Of a stretch of DNA of 45,768 nucleotides, positions 21,139 to 30,491 are shown piece after piece. The stretch is from Candidatus Thalassarchaeaceae archaeon (lineage in GTDB: Archaea; Thermoplasmatota; Poseidoniia; Poseidoniales; Thalassarchaeaceae), in the NCBI GenBank assembly GCA_030747675.1, contig JASLKH010000050.1, positions 1 through 45,768 on the forward strand. The letters are read 5' to 3'. Within the stretch, counting starts at the first letter, position 1; each line of letters opens with the position of its first letter. A program made the position numbers and the translations under genes. The notes below the pieces were generated by a model. That model saw only the letters and a list, made by a program, of their open reading frames with translations. It searched no databases and was not told where the DNA came from.

Positions 21139-21237
21139 AATCACACCTACTGGTCAGACCTCGCACTCAGGGTTATCAAACCGTTGGTTTGTATGCGTGT
21201 CAACTAGCCCTTTACAGGGATTCCAAAAAGTGCCGAA

Positions 21238-22182
21238 TCAAAGTAACGGGTCTTGGAAAAGTGGGTTTGTACCTTCAAGGTCTTCTCTTGAAACACTACG
21301 CCGCCCAACAATTGCTGCCGCAAGACCCAGCATTAGTAAACTCGGGATTAGCATGAATCCAGGTAAGTAAACACCACGGATGTAAATTGTAACAGACTGG
21401 CATTGCATAATCGGGAACAGTACATTACTTCTCAATGAATGATCACTGACTGCACAGAATTGAAGATTGTAGTATTGGTCCGACCACCCTTGCTTTTTTG
21501 GTGTACGCATCATTACACGCATTGTTTCAGGTGGTGCTTTGGAATCGACCCATGTGGTAGTCTCAGGTAATGAAATCTGGAAGCCATCGTCTTCTAAGTC
21601 CTCACGGTTTTCCACACCTATGATGAATTGATCCCGGTTATTTCCGTCATTGTAAACCTTGAACTCAAATGTGTAATCAATCTTCGGACGCAGTTGGCGG
21701 AATGGTTCTTCGGCCTGGACTCGGAGTAAAGCGAATTGCTTGACTACGACCATTACGTTGGTGACTTGCGAGGTGCAAGTTGCACAAGGTGCACCATTTG
21801 CTTGATCGACACGGGCTGAAATTGTAACTTGGCGACTACCTTCAGTCATCTGGTCGTCACCACGCACAACCACTTCGAAGGTGGCTGTGTCTTGGCTTGC
21901 TACCGTAATAGACCCTGGAGCGCTGTAAGTCAGTCCCGCAGACGTGATTTGAATGTTCACTTTTTCGACATAAAGAGTAGGGTTTGATGCATCGCAGTAG
22001 GTAGTTCCAATACGTGTGTCACCTGGTGCTACGTCGATTTCTACAGCAGTTGGTGAACACAAAATATTGATGTCTGGATTCACTTGAGCTTCGGCGTTAT
22101 CAACAGTACCGGCCCAAGTACTAAGTACATAGATTGTCATTAACAAGGTCATTCGGAAGACAGACTTCACAGGTTCCACCAT
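21238..22182 (-). CDS. Choice-of-anchor-T-like surface protein with PGF-CTERM-like C-terminus
   Basis: Signal peptide; DINILC...IDVAPG...YCDASNPTLYVEKV; C-terminal LPGF + hydrophobic helix + RR. Confidence 0.65.
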   Translation of the reverse strand: MVEPVKSVFRMTLLMTIYVLSTWAGTVDNAEAQVNPDINILCSPTAVEIDVAPGDTRIGTTYCDASNPTLYVEKVNIQITSAGLTYSAPGSITVASQDTATFEVVVRGDDQMTEGSRQVTISARVDQANGAPCATCTSQVTNVMVVVKQFALLRVQAEEPFRQLRPKIDYTFEFKVYNDGNNRDQFIIGVENREDLEDDGFQISLPETTTWVDSKAPPETMRVMMRTPKKQGWSDQYYNLQFCAVSDHSLRSNVLFPIMQCQSVTIYIRGVYLPGFMLIPSLLMLGLAAAIVGRRSVSREDLEGTNPLFQDPLL

Positions 22183-22252
22183 AGGTGGCCTGCACATCAT
22201 CCATACATAAGCGTTAGTAGGAGACGAACAAATTACTTAATCCCAAAATGTT

Positions 22253-23314
22253 TCAAAAGTCTTCCAAATCCAAATCGTCAAGATCATCCAAATCGTCAAG
22301 ATCATCAAAATCGTCAAGATCATCCAAATCGTCGTCTTCAAATTCGAAATCATCATCGTCGTCATCATCAACGGCATCGTATTCGTCGAGGTAGGCAGAT
22401 GATTTCGACTTCATTCTTTTGACAAGGGAAGCAATTACTGCAAGGACGACTAAGGTCGCCAAAACACCACCTGCAATCCACGCCCAAGTAGGTATATTCA
22501 TTGCTGAAAAGTCAAGAATACTTTCTGGTTCAGCTGTGGCATTAACAGTAAAGACTTCACTTGTACTACCGAGACGTTCAGTTGAAGTTGCCGTGACTCG
22601 GACTTCAATTGATTCAGTATCAAGTTCACTAGGAGGTGTGATACTAACCTCAAATGTTACACCTCCATCCTTTTGTATGGTGAAATCAGGCGGTGGAAAA
22701 TCAACTAAGAATCCTCTCGCAATTAAATCAGCAGAACCCACTGAAATCTCAACATTATCGGGGGCATTTCCATCGTTTAGTACCGTGACTAATACAGTTT
22801 GAGCGAGCCCACCTGCATCTAATTTCATGAAATTTGGGTTAATCTCCATTGATAACTCAGAGTATGCTTCTATGTCAACAAGAATGTTTGATTCATCGGT
22901 AGGGCGTATTTGATCCATTATTGGGACTGCCCCCACGCTAGTGACTTCCGCTGAAACTGTCACATTCTTATTTGCGGGATTCATTCCTTCAGTACCAGCA
23001 ATAGCAACTTGGATATCTATCGAAGCAGATGCTGCAAGTGTAAGAGATGTCGGTCCCACTACGTTTAATCCATCGTTATCATATTCAATCGATATATCCT
23101 CACTAAATATTGAACTGTTTTCTATTGTACACATTGCTGTAACAAAATTTGATCCTGTTGACGACACATCTAATGATGCCGGATTCGACTCAAATTGGCA
23201 CGTAACAGATACAGAAGGTGGTCCGCCCGGCTCCTGTGCGCTTGCAAATGGCAGTAGAAGTGGTACAAGAAGCATCAAAACGGCAAACGCCCGAGAGTGC
23301 AGACTACTTGCCAT
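22253..23314 (-). CDS. Choice-of-anchor-T-like paralog with TM anchor and very acidic C-terminal tail
   Basis: Aligns by eye with the downstream gene (SVSVTC...LDVSSTG...MCTIENSSIFSEDI...VTVSAEV); SD GGGAAGGGTG; TM then D/E-rich tail. Confidence 0.6.
   Translation of the reverse strand: MASSLHSRAFAVLMLLVPLLLPFASAQEPGGPPSVSVTCQFESNPASLDVSSTGSNFVTAMCTIENSSIFSEDISIEYDNDGLNVVGPTSLTLAASASIDIQVAIAGTEGMNPANKNVTVSAEVTSVGAVPIMDQIRPTDESNILVDIEAYSELSMEINPNFMKLDAGGLAQTVLVTVLNDGNAPDNVEISVGSADLIARGFLVDFPPPDFTIQKDGGVTFEVSITPPSELDTESIEVRVTATSTERLGSTSEVFTVNATAEPESILDFSAMNIPTWAWIAGGVLATLVVLAVIASLVKRMKSKSSAYLDEYDAVDDDDDDDFEFEDDDLDDLDDFDDLDDLDDLDDLDLEDF
22271..22333 (-). repeat. 18-nt tandem repeat (about 3.5 copies) encoding DDLDD(L/F)
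   Basis: caaatcgtcaagatcatc at 22271 and 22289, aaaatcgtcaagatcatc at 22307, partial copy at 22325. Confidence 0.9.
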
Positions 23315-23363
23315 CACCCTTCCCTCACCATCTCTCATTGAAGAAGGGTTCGCGTATTTGAGG

Positions 23364-23438
23364 TGGACCCCACCGGATTTGAACCGGTGGCCACCCGGTT
23401 ATGAGCCGGGTGCTCTAACCAGACTAAGCTAGGGGTCC
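23364..23438 (-). tRNA. tRNA with CAT anticodon, most likely tRNA-Ile2 (agmatidine-modified CAU)
   Basis: GGACCCCTAGCTTAGTCTGGTTAGAGCACCCGGCTCATAACCGGGTGGCCACCGGTTCAAATCCGGTGGGGTCCA. Full cloverleaf, no intron. The AGTCTGG D-loop and CGGCTCATAACCG anticodon arm resemble archaeal Ile2 rather than Met tRNAs. Confidence 0.9.
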
Positions 23439-23474
23439 GTGAAACCATGGTGAGAGGGCGAGGCATTTCAGCCT

Positions 23475-24734
23475 TCACTCTCCGGCCATCGCTAAGTGGA
23501 TTGCATTTTCAGCCGCTTCTCGACACTCTTCTGGAACAAATACCATGATGTCATTGATAGGGGCGGCGATACTGGCAACAAGTGGACTCACATCAACGAT
23601 ATCTCTTCCATCTTCCAATCGAATCCCTTCACTATATGGACGATATCCCTCTTTTGACACACGAGTTACAAGCATGTCCTCTTCAGGATTGTAGCCAGAT
23701 TCTGTTAAGATATCTTCAACAGCACTCCTTGCACCCCAAAAAGCAACTTCCGTAAGATCGCGTACACGTACTCTCTTGTGCATACCTGAGCGAGATTCAA
23801 GCATACCTGCCCACTTCGAAAGAATTCGGTCAGAGTGAGTGGAAAATGCAGACAACTCTGCCTGTACCAAACTATCAGTTACTGCGAGATAATCTTTCAC
23901 AGAAAGGTCATTGTCAGTTAACATTCGTTCCATCCTTCGACTCACCGATAATTCTCCTGCAATGACTAGTTCACGTGCACGCTGTAATGCATGAATTACG
24001 TATACCTGAGTTAACATGTTGACTTTGTGGAAGTAGACGTTGTGATACATATGGTATCGCATCATCAGGTAAGATTCTACTTCAGCAACCCCACCGCGAG
24101 TGACTGTGAGGTGTCCGTCTTCCCCAATCCGCATTGCCCTAAATATTCGAAACACATCGAAAGTCCCGACTTTCGCGCCTGTGTTGATTTGATCACGCAT
24201 GAGATAATCTAGACGATCAATGTCAAGTTGGCTACTGACAATGTCATGCAGAGCTGGGAAATCAACCGAACCATCCATGATGCTGAACAAACGTGCAAGG
24301 CCGTCCTCTCCAATCAAATCGATTAAGGCGAGGCGGAGATCATTATTCGGTTCGTTGAGGATACGCCCCCCCCACTTTTCGTGATGATGATATGTAGCGT
24401 ATACATCTGGACTTTCTAATGCATGGCTAAAGGGAGGGTGACCAATGTCGTGAAGGAGGGCAGCGTACCGAACTAAAGTGGCATCTTCTACTGAAATTCG
24501 GCCAGGATGGACGACTTCAAGGTGCTCGAGAAGAACGCCTGCAAGATGTTGGGCTCCAAGGCTGTGAACAAAGCGAGAGTGGGTGGCAGTTGGAAATACA
24601 TAGTGGCATGTTGCCAATTGTTTGATGTCTCGTAAACGTTGGAATGTAGCAGTATCAACTAATCGGCTAATATCTGGAGTCAAAATAATGTCCCGATGGA
24701 CGTTGTCACGAACAACACGGTGATGATCAGCCAT
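23475..24734 (-). CDS. HD-domain phosphohydrolase, SAMHD1/EF1143-like dNTP triphosphohydrolase family
   Basis: VRDNVH, FQRLRDIKQL, HSRFVHSLG, LLHDIGHPPFSHALE, LDIDRLDYLMRD, RYHMYHNVYFHK; SD GAGGTGA. Confidence 0.88.
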   Translation of the reverse strand: MADHHRVVRDNVHRDIILTPDISRLVDTATFQRLRDIKQLATCHYVFPTATHSRFVHSLGAQHLAGVLLEHLEVVHPGRISVEDATLVRYAALLHDIGHPPFSHALESPDVYATYHHHEKWGGRILNEPNNDLRLALIDLIGEDGLARLFSIMDGSVDFPALHDIVSSQLDIDRLDYLMRDQINTGAKVGTFDVFRIFRAMRIGEDGHLTVTRGGVAEVESYLMMRYHMYHNVYFHKVNMLTQVYVIHALQRARELVIAGELSVSRRMERMLTDNDLSVKDYLAVTDSLVQAELSAFSTHSDRILSKWAGMLESRSGMHKRVRVRDLTEVAFWGARSAVEDILTESGYNPEEDMLVTRVSKEGYRPYSEGIRLEDGRDIVDVSPLVASIAAPINDIMVFVPEECREAAENAIHLAMAGE

Positions 24735-24743
24735 AATTTCACC

Positions 24744-26207
24744 TCACAAAGTTGAGTTACCACCCACAGGAATTACATTCAATGGACCAATGTCGCCTCG
24801 AAGAATTGGTCCTTCGGTCACTGTAGCGAAAATTCCTATATCTTGCATATTATGCGATAGGCCAAACCAGGGACGTCCGTACTGATCAACAGCCATGTCA
24901 AGAAAATCTCCCAAGCCTCCGCAGCGATTGTAACCACATCCCGCCTCGGTGGAAAGAGGATCATTTGCTTGATTGATTTGGACTGTAGTCAACAATGGGT
25001 TTTGACTAAACGCATCGGTCATGATAGTCATGTAACCATTCCATACGTCTCCACCAGTATCACCAACATATCCAAAGGCGACTCGGCCGGCACTTCCTGC
25101 GGTAACAACTGGGAAACCAGTCCCTATGAGTCCTGCCGGTGGTGCAATCATCATTGCATCACTCCAACTATCGCCATCGTCTCTCGAATAGGCATAGTAC
25201 GGCATATCATCAGAACCAATCCACATCGCATGGACATTGTTTTCATCATCTATCGCAACTTGGGCTTCTTCGGCATTCCAAGTATCAGCTGTTCCTGTGT
25301 CACCAGTTGGCAAAGGATGCTCTGTCCAAGTCAACCCACCATTTGTGCTGCGATATATCGAGTACCCATCGCCATCACATCCATGTTGCCCACGGTAGAA
25401 ATTACCATTTTCAGCCCCTTCAAGGTGAGCGCTGAGTCCACCACTTTGGCAAGATAAAGGTGCACCAGGTACTTCGGGACTCCAGTTCCATCCACCATCT
25501 TCACTAATAGAACACAAGGGCATAGGTGCGTTGCCATTAACGCAGTAAACCCAGGTAGTAGGGTGTAATGCCCCTCCTGGTGCTGATGTAATGGTCTGAT
25601 GATCTTGAACTGAATACGGGGATGTTGAAAGGGTAACTGGTTTCCAAGATGCGCCCTCATCGTCGGACCACTCAACGGTCATTGCTGCTAAAGCATGCAT
25701 ATCGAATTTCATTATTCTATCAGTCCATTTGTCAACATAGATGTAAGGGTCATTGCTACTAACAACTGGAAGTAAGGGATTATACACATTAGCACAAGAA
25801 TAATCTGAAAGATTTGTCATCTCAATCAAACCTGTGCATTGGACTACTGCGGTTGCACCACCAGGTCCATTACCCCAACTTGACATGTAGAGGTTGTCAG
25901 CAGAAGTTATGCCAATGGTAGGCTCAAAGGTGCTCATTCCAATTCCATAATAACTGCCATGTGTCCAAAACGGCATGTTATTTCCAGTCAAATTTGCTGT
26001 AATATTAGCCTCTAGCACAACTGAGGAATTCAGAGCATCAATTCCACCAGCATAGTGATACCAAGTCCCCATTGGTATTTCACGTCCAAAGTTGAAAGGG
26101 TTGTCATCAACGGATGAAGGCCCAGTGTCATCAGACCCAAGACAACCCATCAGGCTGGTACAAAGCATTAGTATTGACAAAATCAATGCTGACTGAATCC
26201 TACTCAT
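24744..26207 (-). CDS. Lipoprotein with BNR/Asp-box repeats (sialidase-like beta-propeller)
   Basis: Lipobox SLMGC; Asp-boxes SDDEGASW, SEDGGWNW, STNGGLTW, SRDDGDSW. Confidence 0.75.
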   Translation of the reverse strand: MSRIQSALILSILMLCTSLMGCLGSDDTGPSSVDDNPFNFGREIPMGTWYHYAGGIDALNSSVVLEANITANLTGNNMPFWTHGSYYGIGMSTFEPTIGITSADNLYMSSWGNGPGGATAVVQCTGLIEMTNLSDYSCANVYNPLLPVVSSNDPYIYVDKWTDRIMKFDMHALAAMTVEWSDDEGASWKPVTLSTSPYSVQDHQTITSAPGGALHPTTWVYCVNGNAPMPLCSISEDGGWNWSPEVPGAPLSCQSGGLSAHLEGAENGNFYRGQHGCDGDGYSIYRSTNGGLTWTEHPLPTGDTGTADTWNAEEAQVAIDDENNVHAMWIGSDDMPYYAYSRDDGDSWSDAMMIAPPAGLIGTGFPVVTAGSAGRVAFGYVGDTGGDVWNGYMTIMTDAFSQNPLLTTVQINQANDPLSTEAGCGYNRCGGLGDFLDMAVDQYGRPWFGLSHNMQDIGIFATVTEGPILRGDIGPLNVIPVGGNSTL

Positions 26208-26295
26208 GCTCCCCCCCCGGCCCTATGGGGCCGGGTTCTCGGCTTCAACCCGACGGTTTGTCCAAAATCGTATTTCCCAACAATTAGGGTTGATT

Positions 26296-27516
26296 TCAGT
26301 CGCCCCAGTAGGCCTCTCGAATTGCCTGATTCGCTTCCATACATGCAACTACATCTGCTGGCCTAGAAGGCATCGATTCAAAGCCTGCAAGGTGGTTGTA
26401 AATTGGTTCGACATTGGACATATTGACTACACCCCAACCCACTTGACTACAAGGTGCCACAGGAGATATTGGCATGGTCCCCGATGTTGGATCCCAAGTT
26501 GAAAAACTTGGATACCAAGCAGACAAATTCAATGCATCACGCAACAAACTATTCGATACTGAAAGATTAGTGGAATTGACAAGCATGCCATTGCGATTCT
26601 CACTAGCGCCAGAACCCATGTCACTCCCAAGTTCTCGAAGTTGTGTCAACACGAGGCTGAGTATTCCGGCTGTGCGAGGTGTCGCGAACGATGTTCCTGA
26701 GGTCTCATGATATCCATTTGTATCATCATGATTGGGTAAAACTTGAGTCCAATCAGCAGCAATGTCGGGATAGGAACCACTCATTGTTTCCTTTTGATCA
26801 TCATCTTCCTCGGCATATCCCGAAATTCCAATCGACCAAGGAGGTCCCGCAGTGGAGTCTTGAATTGCAGGCGATGGAGTGTTGTCTGATGCCCCTGTGT
26901 GGACCTTATTTTTCTCCACTACTGCAACTCGCGTAGCATCCTCAATTCCAGGAACTGGGACGCTTCCAATGGGGCCGAATGATGTTGTGATAACGTCCAC
27001 TAATGGCTGATTAGCTGCTGCTAAAACTGCAGCATCACTGAATCCTTCTACAAAGAAAATAATTGCATTGGGATTAGCATCAAGAACGGCACCAGTTACT
27101 GCTGTACCGTGCCCATCTGCTGGATCATCTAAAATTGGAATATCTGTATCGTCATCTGGAGTAGTACCAATTATTCGAGTCCCTGGGAAGTATACGATAT
27201 CACTCGATGTAATTACATCCCAGCAAGACGAGAGGTCAGCCTCGTAGCGTTCTTGCCAAGTCCCATTCTGAGTTAAGTTACACCACATTGTCACTCCTAA
27301 ACCTTCTAGAAGCCAATCAGGTAGAGTTTCATTCAAAGTGAATCGGGCATGATACACATTGATTCCTGTATCAATAGGTGCCACTACACTGTACGCACCA
27401 AATTCTGGTTCGGCTTCGATCTCTTCTACTCCTTTTTCTTCATTGCCAAAGCACCCAGACAATGTTGAACCTAGCACCAATATGGACAAAATTAGAGGAA
27501 TTCCCACCTTGCGCAT
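26296..27516 (-). CDS. S8 family serine peptidase, lipoprotein
   Basis: Lipobox TLSGC; APIDTGIN, DGHGTAVTG, SGTSFATP; SD GGAGGGTGA before ATG 27516. Confidence 0.85.
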   Translation of the reverse strand: MRKVGIPLILSILVLGSTLSGCFGNEEKGVEEIEAEPEFGAYSVVAPIDTGINVYHARFTLNETLPDWLLEGLGVTMWCNLTQNGTWQERYEADLSSCWDVITSSDIVYFPGTRIIGTTPDDDTDIPILDDPADGHGTAVTGAVLDANPNAIIFFVEGFSDAAVLAAANQPLVDVITTSFGPIGSVPVPGIEDATRVAVVEKNKVHTGASDNTPSPAIQDSTAGPPWSIGISGYAEEDDDQKETMSGSYPDIAADWTQVLPNHDDTNGYHETSGTSFATPRTAGILSLVLTQLRELGSDMGSGASENRNGMLVNSTNLSVSNSLLRDALNLSAWYPSFSTWDPTSGTMPISPVAPCSQVGWGVVNMSNVEPIYNHLAGFESMPSRPADVVACMEANQAIREAYWGD

Positions 27517-27545
27517 GTTCACCCTCCACTTCGGCGGAAACTGCG

Positions 27546-28382
27546 TTAGGCTTCAATTCGACGGTCGGTTTTGGGAGGGACACCTAGCCAAAGTACAACT
27601 GGAATTGAAATCATTAAAAATGAAAATATCCATGAAAAAGATGAACCCCAAATCACCCCGTATTCTGGAATAAAACGAGTGGCGACTAAAGCATACAAAC
27701 TTACTGACATTGAACCTAGCATCATTGGGCCAATTGCGCCACTGGGAACTTCTTCTCCCTGGGAAAGCCAAAGTGCAACCATACTGGTCAAGAAAATTGC
27801 AGGGAATACTGAGGCTATTCCTGCCAACAATGGTGAGCCTTGTTGGGAAAGCCAAACTGCCACTCCAATTGCTGTTGCAGCCGCGATTCCCCTTAATGCA
27901 AGAGTAAAGACGCCTACCTTGTTTTTCCCTTTTGGTGCAGGAACAAAATCAAGGGTAGCCCACCAACCAAAAATTAAACCTACACCAAGAGTGCAACTGC
28001 CGACAATTATTGGATTGGAATCTGAAAATAATTTTACAGCAAATACTGCCCCAGCAAACCAAAAACAGAGATTCACTACAGTAATTCCAGTGAGTCTGAT
28101 TCCGAAAGACCAGTTTGGCACTTTTGAAGGTGTGAATCTCCATAACCACAAAAAAAATGAATTTAATAGCATTCCAACTGGAACCATTCCCATTGAGGAA
28201 TTAAATGAAGACTGACTTGAATCTGCAATCCAAATAAATGCTGCTGCAGGAACAATAGTTGTAGGCACTGTCCCTAAAGCACCACCAATTACACCACCAT
28301 ATTTCTCAATCGCGACGGTGACGGCGATGGCCACCAAACCTGCAAGAATTGCGGCCAGCAGGATTTGAGCCTGCGAGTCCAT
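27546..28382 (-). CDS. Integral membrane protein with two internal repeats (DUF3147-like)
   Basis: About 8 hydrophobic helices; the two halves are similar (AIEKYGGVIGGALGTVP vs LSQQGSPLLAGIASVFP). Confidence 0.6.
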   Translation of the reverse strand: MDSQAQILLAAILAGLVAIAVTVAIEKYGGVIGGALGTVPTTIVPAAAFIWIADSSQSSFNSSMGMVPVGMLLNSFFLWLWRFTPSKVPNWSFGIRLTGITVVNLCFWFAGAVFAVKLFSDSNPIIVGSCTLGVGLIFGWWATLDFVPAPKGKNKVGVFTLALRGIAAATAIGVAVWLSQQGSPLLAGIASVFPAIFLTSMVALWLSQGEEVPSGAIGPMMLGSMSVSLYALVATRFIPEYGVIWGSSFSWIFSFLMISIPVVLWLGVPPKTDRRIEA

Positions 28383-28383
28383 C

Positions 28384-30354
28384 TTAATCCCCTATTTCTG
28401 ATTCAAAAGGAGATTCAACAAAATCAACTCCTCCACGGAGTTTTTGTAACTGCATGTACAGTACTGCTGCGGCTCCCAATGAGAGAAAGAGGAGGAACGA
28501 AAGTCCACCGACAATCAAGCCCGTACTCAAGAATCCGGAATCCTTCGAATCTGTAGGAGCCTTCTCACTACCCATGATATGCAAATGAGTAACTATGTTG
28601 GCGCTGGAGTTACTTCCAACGAGCGCACGAACCATGAGGGTTTGGTTACCTTCAACCGTATTGCCTGGCAAATACTTGAGACGGTCAACAAACATATCAT
28701 GCTCAATTTCAAATTCTTCCGAACCTGGAACAAAACTATCCAGATCCATCCACTCATCACGCATGTCCCATGTCCGCCACTGGATTTTTTCTGCAGTACC
28801 TTCAATCACAAACGTGATTGATTCACCTTGGCCAACGTGTACCTTGTTGTCGCCCATTGCTGATGTGGAAAGGTTGACTGTGACCATATCAGTAAACCCG
28901 TAGACTTGATTGGCGGCTTCCATAACAGCCGGATGTGCTCGAACCTCGCCATGACCATACACATTATTCTGTCTTGGTGAAAGGGTAAGATCCTCCCCAC
29001 ATGGCTCATTCGCAAACTTGTGGTGGCACTGTCTGTACTCTGCGGTTTCTTGCATTATATTGCGGACATCAAAAGGTGAAAGCTCTGGGTTCGCTTGGTA
29101 CATCAAAGCCGCGACACCTGCCGCCCCGGGTGTAGCCATGCTGGTACCGGACATCCCTGTATATCCAGTTCCCGAATTGGCCTCAACAGACATGACGTCT
29201 GATCCAACAAAAGCAATGTTTGGTTTAACCCGAATAACTGTAAGGCCATCATCCCCCAATACAGGTCCATTGCTTGAATAGGGAGCGATTCCGGGATCTT
29301 CGCCCTTGTCAAGAGCACCCACTGTGATGACATCTTCTGCACTACCTGGTGTCCCTATCGTAGATGGACCAGCACTGTTACCTGCAGCAATGAATAGTGC
29401 AATACCAGAACGGACCATCTCGTTGGCCATTCGTGCAACACTCTCTTCTTCAGCACTTGTCATCTCGATGGCACCTGGACCACCTAGACTCATACTTGCC
29501 GCCCGGATGTTGAAATCGTGACGCTTGTCTACAGTCCACTCCATGCCCATCATAACACCTGCAAACGATCCAGAGCCGCCTGAATCGAGTACCTTCACGC
29601 CGACCAGCTGGGCTTGTGGAGCCATCCCTGTATGCTCGTAAGTTGGCGCACCTGTGCCGGCTGTTGTGCCTGCACAATGTGAGCCATGTCCCTGGTCATC
29701 ATAAGGGAAGATTTCAGTGCCATTTGTGAGTGTAGGGTTGTTAACGACGTCATAGAATGCGATTATTTTCGGATCATCTGTGCTGTTGTCATCATCCAAG
29801 TCATCCAGACCTACATGCAATCCATCAATACCGGTATCGATAATTGCAACAACGCTACCTGCGCCATCATAACCTGTTGCTTCGTAAATCTCCCATACAC
29901 CATGCGTGTCCTTAACATCGGAGTTCATGATTTGCAGAACACTGTCCAATTCAACCATAACGACACCAGGAAGCCGTGACATCGGAACAATGTCCTCAAC
30001 GGCGACTGAGCCTGCGATGCTGTCAATGAGGTGGAATGTATGTAGATGGATGAAATCTAGTTCATTCTCCAAAAGTTTGACATCTTCTTCAGTTGGAAGA
30101 TGATCCAAGTTGACAATGATGTCGATATGACCGTCGTCATCGACCCAATCAAAGTCGGTATTATTGAGAGCAACCCATATGTCATCGTCGATTCCATCCT
30201 TGTCCTTGTCCATCAGCGTATCTTCCCACCAAGACATCTCATCCAGAGGGGGATAGGAAGTCGGTTGTGTTGCAGCTACAGCTACCAACGCTGGGAATAC
30301 GAATAAACCGATGGCGACGAATGTAAGAATGGCTCGATAGCGGTTTTCAGACAT
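28384..30354 (-). CDS. S8 family serine peptidase (AprX-like) with propeptide and C-terminal TM
   Basis: AIIDTGID, DDQGHGSHCAG, AAGN, SGTSMATP; N-terminal signal and prodomain; C-terminal hydrophobic helix. Confidence 0.92.
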   Translation of the reverse strand: MSENRYRAILTFVAIGLFVFPALVAVAATQPTSYPPLDEMSWWEDTLMDKDKDGIDDDIWVALNNTDFDWVDDDGHIDIIVNLDHLPTEEDVKLLENELDFIHLHTFHLIDSIAGSVAVEDIVPMSRLPGVVMVELDSVLQIMNSDVKDTHGVWEIYEATGYDGAGSVVAIIDTGIDGLHVGLDDLDDDNSTDDPKIIAFYDVVNNPTLTNGTEIFPYDDQGHGSHCAGTTAGTGAPTYEHTGMAPQAQLVGVKVLDSGGSGSFAGVMMGMEWTVDKRHDFNIRAASMSLGGPGAIEMTSAEEESVARMANEMVRSGIALFIAAGNSAGPSTIGTPGSAEDVITVGALDKGEDPGIAPYSSNGPVLGDDGLTVIRVKPNIAFVGSDVMSVEANSGTGYTGMSGTSMATPGAAGVAALMYQANPELSPFDVRNIMQETAEYRQCHHKFANEPCGEDLTLSPRQNNVYGHGEVRAHPAVMEAANQVYGFTDMVTVNLSTSAMGDNKVHVGQGESITFVIEGTAEKIQWRTWDMRDEWMDLDSFVPGSEEFEIEHDMFVDRLKYLPGNTVEGNQTLMVRALVGSNSSANIVTHLHIMGSEKAPTDSKDSGFLSTGLIVGGLSFLLFLSLGAAAVLYMQLQKLRGGVDFVESPFESEIGD

Positions 30355-30491
30355 GTTATCACCCTACGGGTGAATCCTAGTAGATTTGAAGTAGCCGGTC
30401 TAGTGTGTTCATGTAATTCTCATATTTTTTGAAATAATTAGCAATCTACTCATCGGGAATGTTCATGCCAGATACCTGTTGTGTGCACAAT

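Noticed and set aside
21208-21219. CCCT-GTAA-AGGG mini-hairpin as a REP-like repeat related to 41022-41038
   Set aside because: Only 4 bp and two loose instances; compatible with chance.
23364-23438. Calling the CAT tRNA tRNA-Met
   Set aside because: It lacks initiator features (A1-U72, three G-C anticodon-stem pairs), and its D-loop and anticodon arm resemble archaeal Ile2. Met is not fully excluded without tRNAscan-SE isotype models.
24744-26207. True sialidase
   Set aside because: Asp-boxes are present but I see no (F/Y)RIP motif; only the propeller fold is supported.
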